Virus record (IMG/VR): IMGVR_UViG_3300022890_000014
Coordinates: 86,745 to 150,744 of that record
Direction: 5' to 3' (one strand)
Source: a virus
Length of the DNA stretch: 64,000 bases
The translations under genes were made by a program, and so were the position numbers. The notes below the pieces were generated by a model. That model worked only from the letters and a program-made list of their open reading frames with translations, made no database searches and was not told the DNA's origin. Shown in pieces: positions 10,016 to 20,800 of the stretch (position 1 is the first letter of the stretch; each line of letters opens with the position of its first letter).

Positions 10016-10321
10016 TTAGTGCCATACAGTGGGTATCATTTCGATGCCCATTTTTTTATGAACATACAACGATACCATTCCCTCTACTGCTATCAACTGT
10101 CCAGAGCCGCACCACTCTGGAATTCTCGCTCTCTTTCCTTCTGCCTTTCTCATGCTCCGGAGTGCCCCTGCTGTTGTAATAACTATTGGTCTCTTCTGCC
10201 CAAACTTATCTATTCGCCATTTCACTACCGACACTGTATCTGAATGATTAATGATTTGATCAAGAAGATCATTTTCCTCTACAAGAATGTCCTTTACTTC
10301 TCTCATGATAACTTTACTCAT
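10016..10321 (-). CDS. Degenerate ParB/Srx-like N-terminal-domain protein
   Basis: IDKFGQKRPIVIT...LIAVEG...KKMGIEMIPTV follows the ParB-N pattern but lacks the GxRR arginine patch; GAGGTG RBS. Confidence 0.5.
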   Translation of the reverse strand: MSKVIMREVKDILVEENDLLDQIINHSDTVSVVKWRIDKFGQKRPIVITTAGALRSMRKAEGKRARIPEWCGSGQLIAVEGMVSLYVHKKMGIEMIPTVWH

Positions 10322-10424
10322 AACTCACCTCTGCGTTACGAACTTTTTTTAGATAAGCGAAGCAGAGTGCTACACGTCTCTATTGGTCTTATACTCATAT
10401 GCGTAAGCCTTACGCAAGTAATAT

Positions 10425-10592
10425 TTACATGATATTTCTTACGCATGAAGTTAATTCTAGAAAGAACGCACGAATGCGCTCTAGTTGTCTTCCCACCTCT
10501 TCTTTTAACCATTCAGCACCAAAACACGTAGACTTGTATAATTTAGACACTAGCGATTTTGGGTCCACGAATACTATTTTAACATTTCTCAT
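10425..10592 (-). CDS. 55-aa hypothetical protein not in the ORF track
   Basis: MRNVKIVFVDPK...CVRNIM*; same GAGGTGAGTTATGAG start context as 10321; GGTATAAG motif upstream. Confidence 0.55.
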   Translation of the reverse strand: MRNVKIVFVDPKSLVSKLYKSTCFGAEWLKEEVGRQLERIRAFFLELTSCVRNIM

Positions 10593-10662
10593 AACTCACC
10601 TCTATTGTTGTGATTAATTAGAACTATCATTCTTATACCAATATAATAAATAAAAATAGTTC

Positions 10663-10691
10663 TTGACATCCATCTTGATATGATGTATACT
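10663..10691 (+). promoter_or_regulatory. Sigma-70-type promoter
   Basis: TTGACA-N17-TATACT upstream of the RHH gene at 10733. Confidence 0.75.
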
Positions 10692-10732
10692 GTTAATCAA
10701 AGATCATAAAACACTGTAAGGAGTGATGCGAT

Positions 10733-10948
10733 ATGGGAAACAAATGGGGCGGTAAAAGAAAAGGTTCTGGCAGACCACTAGGAAGCGTTTCAGGGAATAA
10801 GAAGAAAGAGATAATATCTTTCAGGGTTGATGATGATGTGTACGAGCAATTGTCGGAACTAGGAAAGAAGAAGGGTGTGTCAGAAAACATAGTCTCTAGG
10901 GATATTATAAAATCAACACTAGTTAAGTTCAAGCTTGCTGGTGCGTAA
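10733..10948 (+). CDS. Ribbon-helix-helix (CopG/Arc-like) DNA-binding protein with basic GGKRKGSGRP arm
   Basis: IISFRVDDDVYEQLSELGKKKGVSENIVSRDII is a beta-strand plus two helices; AAGGAG RBS. Confidence 0.75.
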   Translation: MGNKWGGKRKGSGRPLGSVSGNKKKEIISFRVDDDVYEQLSELGKKKGVSENIVSRDIIKSTLVKFKLAGA

Positions 10949-10958
10949 GGCTTACGCA

Positions 10959-11285
10959 ATGACTACATTAGAAGAAATTAAGAAATCCCATCCAGAAGTA
11001 GAATCAAAACTTGACTGTCAGTACGGGCAGTATCTCGGAGTAACAGCAGAAAGATGGAAGCAAGCTAAAGATGTCTACCTAGCAGAGATACTTACTGGAC
11101 ATCACAGCAACGATAAAATTAGTACATGGAAGGCAAGAGACCTAGTCAAGTCTGCATTGAACTTTGAGCCGAAAGGAATTTGCAGCACTTACGAAGAAGA
11201 TGACGAGATTTTTATGGAGGATGAGTTTTCTGGAAATGAGCTTAGAGGTGCATATCTTTCAGGAATACTTAGTGTCACTAAATAG
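10959..11285 (+). CDS. Hypothetical protein
   Basis: ATG immediately after the palindrome at 10942-10958. Confidence 0.6.
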   Translation: MTTLEEIKKSHPEVESKLDCQYGQYLGVTAERWKQAKDVYLAEILTGHHSNDKISTWKARDLVKSALNFEPKGICSTYEEDDEIFMEDEFSGNELRGAYLSGILSVTK

Positions 11286-11302
11286 TTAATTGGAGAAAGT
11301 CT

Positions 11303-11974
11303 ATGAAAGAAGATCTAAACAAGTATGTGGCGCAAGCAGAACCTTACGACTTTACTATACAGAACAGAGTAGCGTATCATAAGAATCAAGCGTACTATGT
11401 CATAGTATCGAAAGAGAAAGGTTCACATCCTAAGATATGGAGAAACATAGCATTCACAGATGATATTATGGCTCAACTATTCTTTGACCAAGAAGCATTC
11501 GCTATACCATCAGTGTTTATGCCAAATAGGTATTCAATAGAGAGAATTCATAATCGAAGAATGGAAGAGTCCAAGGATATTGTAATATACGATTACCCGA
11601 AAGAACTCAATTTAGTTATGAATGCTGGGTTCGATGGTATGGGTATCAGTGTGAAGATGAAGATTCACCGTGGGGACAATGCGGATACAGTATATTATAC
11701 AGGAAGATTCTTCACGCTTGGCTTCGGTGAAAACAACGAAGTCATGAATATGAATGATAACTTTGATGAGGATGACTGTGAGAAGCAAGACAGAATGATA
11801 GAATCCCAGAGTCAGATGTTTGGCATACGACTTAGACCAGGGTGCTTTTCTCCTGAAAGAAAGTCATACATATCTATGAGAGCAGATGGTATTCCTGGGT
11901 TGTGGTATATATCTATAGGAGAAAGAAGAGAAAAGCTTAGAGATAGAATGAGGGTTTATCGAGAGAAACTTTAG
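11303..11974 (+). CDS. Hypothetical protein
   Basis: 223 aa with GGAG RBS. Confidence 0.7.
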   Translation: MKEDLNKYVAQAEPYDFTIQNRVAYHKNQAYYVIVSKEKGSHPKIWRNIAFTDDIMAQLFFDQEAFAIPSVFMPNRYSIERIHNRRMEESKDIVIYDYPKELNLVMNAGFDGMGISVKMKIHRGDNADTVYYTGRFFTLGFGENNEVMNMNDNFDEDDCEKQDRMIESQSQMFGIRLRPGCFSPERKSYISMRADGIPGLWYISIGERREKLRDRMRVYREKL

Positions 11975-12095
11975 TATGCGTAAGGCTTACGCACTAGTCG
12001 CTCATTGGTTTTACACTATGTTTATTCCGCAGTTGATAATGCCTAGGGCTTCTTTTGTTAATACTACTATGTCAGTCATGACGGCCTCATGTTTG

Positions 12096-12884
12096 TTAGG
12101 GAATGTACTCAACGCCTTGTTGGATGGTGAAATTGGAAAAGTCTACATCCGCGTTAACCGCACCAATACCAAGTGCGGAAAGCTGGCAAAGACAGGGAAC
12201 CCCAACTTGATCCATCGCCTGAAACCCACTGATTGCTACCCAGCTTGATTCTGATGGTGCAGGAGTCTCAGCACTAAGGGAATAGTATATCTGAACGAAA
12301 TCACCGAGCAAGACTATCCGCACCCAGCACTCATGCACATTGGGCATTATGGTATTAACAAAACTGGCCCCTGCGTAGCTCTGCATATAGCTAGCAGTGT
12401 CCGAGGAGTTGCGAACTAGGGACGCTATTACTATATGACTACCGCTGACAGTGTTTGCTAGAGTGATTCTGTTCTGAGTGTTTGGGATTATGGAACTTAT
12501 GTAGCATTGTACAGATATAGGTAAATAAGTAATAACTTTACTACTGAGTTCTGCATAAGTAAATGGCGCACCTGCTACATCATAGATATGCAACCTGCTT
12601 GCAACTGCTGTGATAGTTGAACCTCCCGCAGTTGTCAGAGTCCAATCAGCATCAAGCAAAGCACCCGCCCCATCCACAATAGCCGACAGATCGTTTTCGT
12701 ACCGGCCATCCAGTGCCATTTTCTTATCAGCACTTGCGCCAGTAGGAAACGAAGCTTTTTGGTCAGCGGTAAGGAATTGAGTATCACTGGCTAGCGCCAC
12801 AGGGTCCGTGACATCTGCTGTATTGGGATATGAAGCTTTTTGGTCAGCAGATAAGGAGGAATATAGTGTGCTTATCTTTGTCAT
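12096..12884 (-). CDS. Fibre/appendage-like virion protein, paralog 4
   Basis: LTADQKASFP repeats plus beta-rich C-domain ending QQGVEYIP. Confidence 0.6.
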   Translation of the reverse strand: MTKISTLYSSLSADQKASYPNTADVTDPVALASDTQFLTADQKASFPTGASADKKMALDGRYENDLSAIVDGAGALLDADWTLTTAGGSTITAVASRLHIYDVAGAPFTYAELSSKVITYLPISVQCYISSIIPNTQNRITLANTVSGSHIVIASLVRNSSDTASYMQSYAGASFVNTIMPNVHECWVRIVLLGDFVQIYYSLSAETPAPSESSWVAISGFQAMDQVGVPCLCQLSALGIGAVNADVDFSNFTIQQGVEYIP

Positions 12885-12893
12885 GGTAGCCTC

Positions 12894-13787
12894 CTATGGT
12901 ACGTACTGTACGCTACGCTGGATGGTTAAATTTGAGAAGGCATATGTAGACGCTAAAGCAACTGGACCTTGCAACATCAGGTTGAAATAAGATGGAGTCA
13001 TGATACTTGACACTGTTTGCGGAGCAACAGTTATCTTGATCCAGTCGGATTCCGAAGGAGGATCTGTCTCTAGGTTGGTAGAATAATAACCCTGTGCAAT
13101 CCCACCTAGGAGAACTGTCCTCAACCAACATCCCATGGCAGGTGCGCCATAAACTATAGTATTTACCCCTGTAACGGTGCTTGCCACGAAAAACCCTCCG
13201 GCTAGATTACCATACTGCAAAATTACTTTGTTTGCTATAGCCGTACCTGCAAATGAATTTAGATAGGCCCAAGCATACGAACCCAACACAGGAGCCGCAG
13301 AGTACATATATAGTTGCATCGATATTGGCAAATAATCAAAAGTCGGGCTATTTAAAGTCAGTCTCGGTAGACCTGCCCCCGCTCCGTGATGGAGTTGAAG
13401 CCTATTCGCAACGGTTGTGATAGTGGAACCAACGGGGACGTATAAACTCCAATCAGGATCAAGCAATGCCCCTGCTGCGTCCACGACAGCCGACAAATCA
13501 TTCTCGTATCTCCCATCCAGCATGATCTGATTGTCAGCATCAGCAGTGGCCGGAAAGCTCGCCTTCTGATCCGCTGTCGCAAATCTAGCATCACTGGCCA
13601 ATGCCAGCGGATTTGCTAAGTTAGCACCTACGGGAAAAGAGGCTGCTTGTGCAGCCGTAAGTATTTTGCTATTGCTCTTGATAGTCAACGGGTCTAGTGG
13701 TCCAGCGCCGTCTGGGAATGCGGCAACCTGATCAGCAGTAAGCCCGTTGGCTATTAACAGATATTCTTTACCATTTGTTCGAGACAT
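12894..13787 (-). CDS. Fibre/appendage-like virion protein, paralog 3
   Basis: Three LTADQxAxFP repeats; ends QRSVQYVP. Confidence 0.6.
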   Translation of the reverse strand: MSRTNGKEYLLIANGLTADQVAAFPDGAGPLDPLTIKSNSKILTAAQAASFPVGANLANPLALASDARFATADQKASFPATADADNQIMLDGRYENDLSAVVDAAGALLDPDWSLYVPVGSTITTVANRLQLHHGAGAGLPRLTLNSPTFDYLPISMQLYMYSAAPVLGSYAWAYLNSFAGTAIANKVILQYGNLAGGFFVASTVTGVNTIVYGAPAMGCWLRTVLLGGIAQGYYSTNLETDPPSESDWIKITVAPQTVSSIMTPSYFNLMLQGPVALASTYAFSNLTIQRSVQYVP

Positions 13788-13822
13788 GTCTTTTCCTTAT
13801 GCGTAAGGCTTACGCACTAAGA

Positions 13823-14692
13823 TTATGGGACGTACTTGACGCCCTGCTGGACGGTTAGATTGGAAAAGTCAAACGTAGAAGCTACACCAACTCCATTTGT
13901 AGTATAGAATCTAAGTCTAAATGGAGTCACAAGTGAGCTTACTGTTTGGAATGTATTTATAGCTGTCCAGTCACTTTCTGATGGAGGATCGGCTTCCAGA
14001 TTGGTGGAATAAAAAACTTGTAGTTTCCCACCTAGTAAAACTAATCTTAACCAACAACCTGAAACAAGAGCTATATTAGTAGATACAAGTGTTGCACCCA
14101 CGTAACTGTTAATTTCACTATTTCCACCAGCATCTCTACCTAATGCTACAGATACTAAATTTGCTGCTGTTACTGGTGATGCTAATTCGATAGCTGCTTC
14201 GGTTTCATTTACAGGGATGACTGAGTTGACGTATGCCTGTACGGAGATAGGAAGGTATCCAAAAATAGGGCTATTAAGAGTGGCGACTGGCTCACCAGCG
14301 CCAGCATCTCGAAATATCCGAAACCTACCACCGACATTAGTTAGTGATGTATTAGCAATTGCTGTTTTAGTCCAGTTTACATCTGTCTCTGCTGTGGATA
14401 AATCATCTACATACAATCCGCTCAATGCCAACTGTTCATCAGCATCAACTCCTGTGGGGATACTTGCTTTCTCATCAGATGTTAGAAAACTAGAATCACT
14501 AGCTAAAGCTACAGGATTTATACCACTAGCCAATACTGGGATTGATGCTTTCTGATCTGCTGTGAGTATTTCGCCATCGCTCTCTAGCAATAATGGATCT
14601 GCTGCGCTTGCCCCTGTTGGGACTGACGCAATCTGGCTAGGAGTAAGCCCGTTGACTACATCGCTATACTCTATGCCGTCTGTTCTTGACAT
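13823..14692 (-). CDS. Fibre/appendage-like virion protein, paralog 2
   Basis: Same architecture; ends QQGVKYVP. Confidence 0.6.
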   Translation of the reverse strand: MSRTDGIEYSDVVNGLTPSQIASVPTGASAADPLLLESDGEILTADQKASIPVLASGINPVALASDSSFLTSDEKASIPTGVDADEQLALSGLYVDDLSTAETDVNWTKTAIANTSLTNVGGRFRIFRDAGAGEPVATLNSPIFGYLPISVQAYVNSVIPVNETEAAIELASPVTAANLVSVALGRDAGGNSEINSYVGATLVSTNIALVSGCWLRLVLLGGKLQVFYSTNLEADPPSESDWTAINTFQTVSSLVTPFRLRFYTTNGVGVASTFDFSNLTVQQGVKYVP

Positions 14693-14738
14693 GACTTTTC
14701 CTTTTGGAGATATTGTTTACGTTGTTGCGACATAGTAT

Positions 14739-15626
14739 TTAAGGGATATATTCTACTCCGTGCTGGACTTTAAGATTTGAAAAGTCAGTTCTTGCATTTA
14801 GACCACCTAAGCCCAATGCTGAAAGTTGCAAGAAAGAAGGTGTTCCAACTCGGTCCATTGCCTGGAAACCATTAACTGATGTCCAGTCAGATTCAGAAGG
14901 AGGATTAGATTCTATATTAGTCGAGTAATACATCTGCACTGAATCTCCAAGAAGAACTAATCTTAACCAACATTCATAAATGTTAGCTATAGCTGTGCTA
15001 ACAAGTGAGCTACCTGCATAGCTTTGTATAGTGCTGATAGTATCAATAGTGTTTCTGTCTAGAAAAATTCTTGCCAATATAGTACCTGTGCTTGAGTATA
15101 ACCCTAAACTAGATTGCGTTCCACCTGCCGCTATTACAGAACTTACATAGCATTGAATAGCGATAGGTAAATAATTAAAGACTGGAGTACTGAGAGTTGC
15201 AGATGTTAGAGGCAGTGCCGTTATATCATAAAGACGCAGCCTGTTTGCAACAGTGATGATTGTTGATCCACCAGCAGTAGATAGAGTCCAGTTCGGATCT
15301 AATAAAACCCCTGCACCATCCACGACAGCCGACAGATCATTTTCGTACTTGCCATCTAGCTCAAGCTGTTTGCTCGCACTAGCGCCAGTAGGAATACTGG
15401 CTTTCTCATCAGCCGTAAGGAATCTCGCGTCACTAGCTAATGCCAATGGATTTATAGCTGTCGCCAACGCAGGAATACTAGCAGCCTGATCTAGTGTGAG
15501 TATCTTTGGATTACTCTCAAGTATCAGTGGATTTACAGCAGTAGCCAGTGCTGGTACGGATGCAACCTCATCAGGAGTAAGCCCAGTTGCTATGTCGCTG
15601 TACTCTTCTCCGCTTACTCTTCCCAT
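14739..15626 (-). CDS. Fibre/appendage-like virion protein, paralog 1
   Basis: Same architecture; ends QHGVEYIP. Confidence 0.6.
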   Translation of the reverse strand: MGRVSGEEYSDIATGLTPDEVASVPALATAVNPLILESNPKILTLDQAASIPALATAINPLALASDARFLTADEKASIPTGASASKQLELDGKYENDLSAVVDGAGVLLDPNWTLSTAGGSTIITVANRLRLYDITALPLTSATLSTPVFNYLPIAIQCYVSSVIAAGGTQSSLGLYSSTGTILARIFLDRNTIDTISTIQSYAGSSLVSTAIANIYECWLRLVLLGDSVQMYYSTNIESNPPSESDWTSVNGFQAMDRVGTPSFLQLSALGLGGLNARTDFSNLKVQHGVEYIP

Positions 15627-15684
15627 GATATTTCCTCTGCGTAAGCCTTACGCAATGAAAGGTTTGCCTGATATGTCTTACTCA

Positions 15685-16140
15685 CTAACCAATAGTATCT
15701 TGCCACTTGATGTATATTGTTGCTTTGCATGCCACAGTAGTAACACCGATACTGGTAAGTTCAAGCTTGTCACCAACCATAAGAGTTGGCAATTCATCTC
15801 TTGTCTCATTGAACGAAAAATCGCCAGCAGCAGCCGCAGTAAGAAGGATGAATTCGTCTGCTCCACGGATTCTTTTTAGGACCCACGATGTTGTGCCAGC
15901 ACCAAAGGTAAAGTCAATCTGTGTTACTTTGAGCGGCTTTGGATGTCCGAAAGTGAACAGTCCTGCTCTGTCGTTAACAGAGTCATGAGGGACTTTGAAT
16001 GTACCTTTATCGAATACACCAGCATCAGCATGACCTGCGGTGTCTTCATTTGTTGGTTGTAGTCCGTCAAAAACAATTCCTATGTCTAAGTTTTGTTCAT
16101 AGGCAACTGGATACACACTGCCCATTATTCGTCTAGCCAT
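15685..16140 (-). CDS. Putative virion structural protein
   Basis: Beta-rich 151-aa ORF in the tail block. Confidence 0.55.
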   Translation of the reverse strand: MARRIMGSVYPVAYEQNLDIGIVFDGLQPTNEDTAGHADAGVFDKGTFKVPHDSVNDRAGLFTFGHPKPLKVTQIDFTFGAGTTSWVLKRIRGADEFILLTAAAAGDFSFNETRDELPTLMVGDKLELTSIGVTTVACKATIYIKWQDTIG

Positions 16141-16145
16141 TATCT

Positions 16146-16520
16146 TTACCTATCTTGGTGAATGTTATACATCTTTAGGAGAGCACTCTTTAGTGAGTCA
16201 ATTATCTCTTTTTTTTGCTCTTCTGTCAATTCGCCACGGGTCGGAAACATCACCTGATAGCACTTTTTGCTGTTTGGTTCGCACACCATATCTCTATCAT
16301 CGATAACTCTCACATGTATACCAGATCTAGAGCCAGATATAGTTTCTATTTGTTCATTTGTAAAAAACGTTCCAGGCTCTTGCATTCTTTTAGTGAACCT
16401 TTGTGTCATAGGCAGACTGGATGCGTTTATAGGTGAGTTGCTTTCAATCCTGTCCATAAACATTTGATTGTATTCTTCTGCGGTTTTTTCTTTACTCATT
16501 ATCTTCTCCAAATCTAACAT
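16146..16520 (-). CDS. Hypothetical protein resembling the major-capsid N-terminus
   Basis: EEYNQMFMDRIESN...RFTKRMQEPGTF resembles MCP RQFNRLFVKRLGEN...FIQLKIRERGF. Confidence 0.45.
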   Translation of the reverse strand: MLDLEKIMSKEKTAEEYNQMFMDRIESNSPINASSLPMTQRFTKRMQEPGTFFTNEQIETISGSRSGIHVRVIDDRDMVCEPNSKKCYQVMFPTRGELTEEQKKEIIDSLKSALLKMYNIHQDR

Positions 16521-16717
16521 TCTTTAGAGTGATAGATTTTCCAAGACTTCTGCCACGTATAAACACACAGTTTTCAGATATTAGCATTTCAAAAATCTTT
16601 GTACTAAGATTTTACAGTCTCTCTTTTTCACTAACAGAAAAACTCTTAATCACACCAATCGGCATTGAGGGATCTACAACAACACCTATACCGTTGATTT
16701 CTTGATATTCTTTCTTG

Positions 16718-17038
16718 CTACTCATCACTCACTCCTGTATTGGAAAGATAGCGTAAAAGATTCTCTTCGTTTACATACTCCTTGCTATGAACAAAGATTC
16801 CGTTTATCTTTTCAACATTTACTATTTCTGCAATACTTGATGCCACTACGCGGTCGGTTATAAGACTTTTTATCATATGTGAACAACTATCCTCCTTGTA
16901 GTGTTTAAGGAAATCTTCTTCACTATAGCAAGATCCAGGCATAGGAATACCCATTGCAACCTTGCCTGTATCCCCTCTGTTAATTTTATTGTATGTAACT
17001 AGAATTAATAGATATGAAGATATGAAGTCATACTGCAC
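16718..17038 (-). CDS. Hypothetical protein (true start probably downstream)
   Basis: ORF in a co-oriented block. Confidence 0.4.
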   Translation of the reverse strand: MQYDFISSYLLILVTYNKINRGDTGKVAMGIPMPGSCYSEEDFLKHYKEDSCSHMIKSLITDRVVASSIAEIVNVEKINGIFVHSKEYVNEENLLRYLSNTGVSDE

Positions 17039-17103
17039 ACTCCTTTTGGTTATTGGTGTATACAGTATATCATGTTCTGGATGGAATACAAGAGGGGGAT
17101 TTA

Positions 17104-17799
17104 TTAGACGGAAAGTTTCATTCTGGCAGGCACTACTCTATCAAACTGACCTGAGCCACCTTCCATAAGCAGGACGCTACCGGAAGAAATAGAGAGTTGG
17201 TGTCCTTGTACATATAGGTATTCGAGATAGAGTGCGCCAACATCTCTATTTGTCATATCTCTAAAGTACAAGAGGTTCCCAGTGGGTTGATTGAAAACGT
17301 CGGAGTACAGAGACATCCAGAAATTATCAAACCCAGGGTTAACCTTAAGTTCAGGAGGAGCCTGACCAGCGTTAGGAGCGTATTTGATATGGAGTTGTGC
17401 AGGATTGATGCTGAACTTAGTGCTCGTATAGTAAGCATACAAGGCTCTAAGAAGAGTAACACCATGATAGAAGACTCGACCCCAGTTCATAGAGCCAACG
17501 ACTCTACCAGGGATGAAGTAACTTCTTGCAGAACCAATCTCAAAGATTCGTTGAAGTTGTTTTGATTGAGAAAGTCCAGCATTTTCCATAACACCAATTG
17601 GATAAACTTGCTGGTCTACCAAACTTGAGTTGTCCATACCCTGAGTTGCACTCTGGTTGATATTGGACGTGATGTCCGGTGGTCCAGAGGCAAGCAGAGT
17701 AGACTCAGCAGATACAAACTGTCCACCTTCAAGTTCGCTTTGAACATGAAATGTGTGGAAGTTCCAAGTGCTGAGACTAGTCGTTGCGTTCTTTGCCAT
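17104..17799 (-). CDS. Tail tube protein
   Basis: Immediately downstream of the sheath gene; IGVMENAGLSQSKQLQRIFEIGS...YFIPGR tube-like motif. Confidence 0.75.
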   Translation of the reverse strand: MAKNATTSLSTWNFHTFHVQSELEGGQFVSAESTLLASGPPDITSNINQSATQGMDNSSLVDQQVYPIGVMENAGLSQSKQLQRIFEIGSARSYFIPGRVVGSMNWGRVFYHGVTLLRALYAYYTSTKFSINPAQLHIKYAPNAGQAPPELKVNPGFDNFWMSLYSDVFNQPTGNLLYFRDMTNRDVGALYLEYLYVQGHQLSISSGSVLLMEGGSGQFDRVVPARMKLSV

Positions 17800-17841
17800 T
17801 TTAAAAAAATCCTTCTGCGTAAGGCTTACGCATTATGTCAT

Positions 17842-20800
17842 TTACGTTCTGACAGTCATCAACATTCTGTTGTGAGGCACAGGAGCATCGACATACCATT
17901 GATGCTCAGTTTGGTCTATCTCTGTCTCTGAAACGTCAAGCTTTTCAAGTCGCATTTCGTTGACAAGTTTACCTGCGCGTACATCACTGAACTCTTCACA
18001 GAAAGTGACTACGGCAGAGGCAGTAGTTCTCAACTGAGAGAGAAGCTCATCAGAGATATTATATTTACCTATCCAAACTGAGAATTCTTGACGGATAACT
18101 CTCGTTACATAGTCAATAATCTTAGTGATAGAAAGTTCTTGCTTCTTGATGCTGGAAATATCAGTTGTTAGCTGATGTCGAATATGAGGTGTATCACCTG
18201 AGTCATCCTGATGAATAATCATTACACCACCACCAGCGATAGTGTTTAGCTGCGCTCTTGTGAAATAGTTGTCGGATTTGCCATGAGGAGCACTAGTGAA
18301 GCCAGTGAATCCAAGCTTAGACAAACCTTGTTGTGGAGCTAGCCCAGCAACGAAAGCACCGACTGCAACTCCCCAGTAGTATCCTGGCGCTGTTACGGAG
18401 GCTCCTGCTACATCAAAGACTGACTGATCAGGCCAAACCAAAGTGGTTCGTCTGTCTGCGAATGAGGCAGCATAGTCTCTGATAGCTTCTGCTTGCTCAT
18501 CTTTTGTCTTCGGTTTAACTAACGTATATATCAGTGAGGATAAAACACCAGTAAAGATTGCTGTGAGACCAGTCATTGAGAACTCATCGCCAACCACTGT
18601 TTTCACTATCTCTTCCGACACAACAGTATCGATAACATAGTCACCAGCGATAGCTGTTGGAGAAGTGACTCTTATCACGTCACCAGCGATGAACCCCTTG
18701 GTTACAAAAGTCTCACCAGTAACAGTAAGCTCTCTAAAGTCTCTCTGTACAGAGTAGTCTATAGAGGATTCACTTACCATAGGAGTAAGAGTTTTATCTT
18801 CGAGGCTAAAGGTGTTGTTTCCAGGTGTACTGGAGAACTCCATCTCGAAACCACCAAGATCTTCGGCAGTAGAAGAAACACCTTGTGTAGCCACAGCACC
18901 GAAAGCGGTTGTGTTAGTAAGGATAAGTTCTTCTTGTTTCACAGATTGCACGGTATACGATTGACCTGCGTATGTTCCCGTAAGGATTCTTACAGTTCTA
19001 CCAGCGTCACCGAACCCGATTGTTCCGAAGCCAGCTATTGCAACAGAGCATAGGTTTGTTCCAGCGAACTTCTGTCCCCAGTCTTTGTTTGTAATAATGT
19101 AGTTGTGGCTCGCGTCCAACTCTGCAATTAAGAATGTCTCAGACACATAGTCTTGATCTGCGATTGAGGCAGACACGGCATTTGCGCCAGCAGGCCATAC
19201 GACCAGAAGATTTCCTAGTGTTACTTTTATATCAGAATCGATAGCAGTAATCTCTTGCACATCGATAGCTCCAGTCACATCATCAATGAATCTTAGTTCT
19301 CTTCCGATGTCTCCGAAGCCGAATGTTCCAGCAGCGAAACCACTTAGAGTTTTGGCTCCAACATCTTTAACCCCAACAAGAGCATTTCCTCTGCCAGAAT
19401 ATGACAGTGTATTACTCACCATTACTGTAGTCACGCCGTTGAACTCGCCAGCACCAGCGGCACCAGTTAGTTTAACAACAGAGACGGAGCAACTAGCTGT
19501 AGCATCATTAACAGTGATAGAGGCTACTGTACATGTACTTCCGTCACCAGGAGCAGTAACTATTGTATGAGACTTATTATCAGCAGGAGTAGCAGATCCG
19601 GACACTAGAACCTGAGCGCCGACAAGACCAGTGAATGTACCAGGAACACCTGAATCAACTAAGTTTGTTGCGGCTGTAAGAGCAACAGTACCAGCTATAG
19701 ATCTGTTTAGTCTTGAGGCTGTGACACCTGGGGTTGCGAATACGTCATCGTATCCAATAACAGACACCTGAGACATATTTGGAGTTGTGTATGCGACAGG
19801 AGGAACCACAGTATCATATGCTATATCAACATCAATACTAGAGTAGTCAGTAACATTTAATGCGCTAATCTCAGTAGACATAGCATTAGATGAAATAACA
19901 CCGTCCATTAGTGTGGGAAGCCAAGCAATGCACTTCAGACCTACGGGAGCTACGCCTTCGCTAGCAAGGTATCTGAATGTTCCAGCGGGTCCAGTAAGTC
20001 TGATTGTGTCTAGTGTTCCAGCTAGAGCACTACCAGAGTCAGAAGCAGTAAGACCGAATGTGCAAGAACGGATTCTATTTCCGTATGCTGCAACATAACC
20101 ACGATTTGGTGACACTTCAAGAAGAACTCCAGGATCTTTTATTTTAAGATGCTCAGAGTTATTGACCCCCCAGAAGCCGTCATTAGTAAGAGTACTTCCT
20201 GACGCCTTAACTAAGTCTGTTGAGTAATCAACTGGAAGAGGAGAGACTGTTCCGTCGAAATCGGGGAATTTAACAACGCCTCTACTCCAAAGCCTATTAC
20301 TCTTGTCGTTGAACTCTGCATCGTCGGAAGCTGCAACTTCTGTGACACCATTAATGTCCCATGCTACTGCTGTGTCTTTTGCATCGATAATGCTTTCGAC
20401 AATCAGAGAGGTGTTGATGACAACAATTCTGACTCTATTCCAGTCTTTAGTTGGGTCAGATACGTCTCTGGCATGAGTACTCATCAAAGAGTTGTGACCT
20501 GCGTTCTGCGTAAGGCCTACGAGGACATATGCATCTTCGTCTGCAATGCGTGTAAGCGAGTCGCCAAACCCAAGCTTTGCCATGCTGTCAAATTCATACA
20601 AACCTGACTTCACACCAGCGATAACATCCATGCCGCTAAAATAAATCTTAGAGGTAGTATTTTCTCTTGCTTTGGACAAGGCCATCGCGAGAGGGTTGTA
20701 CTCAGATGTGATACCAATCTTTGTGGCAATCTGTGTGCTTGCTTCGATGTAGCCAGTCTGATTAACCAAGCCAGTCTTAACTGAGCGGTAATTAACCTTG

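Noticed and set aside
12096-15626. Invertible or DGR-driven tail-fibre switching
   Set aside because: All four paralogs are complete and co-oriented; no invertase, inverted crossover sites or template repeat were seen.
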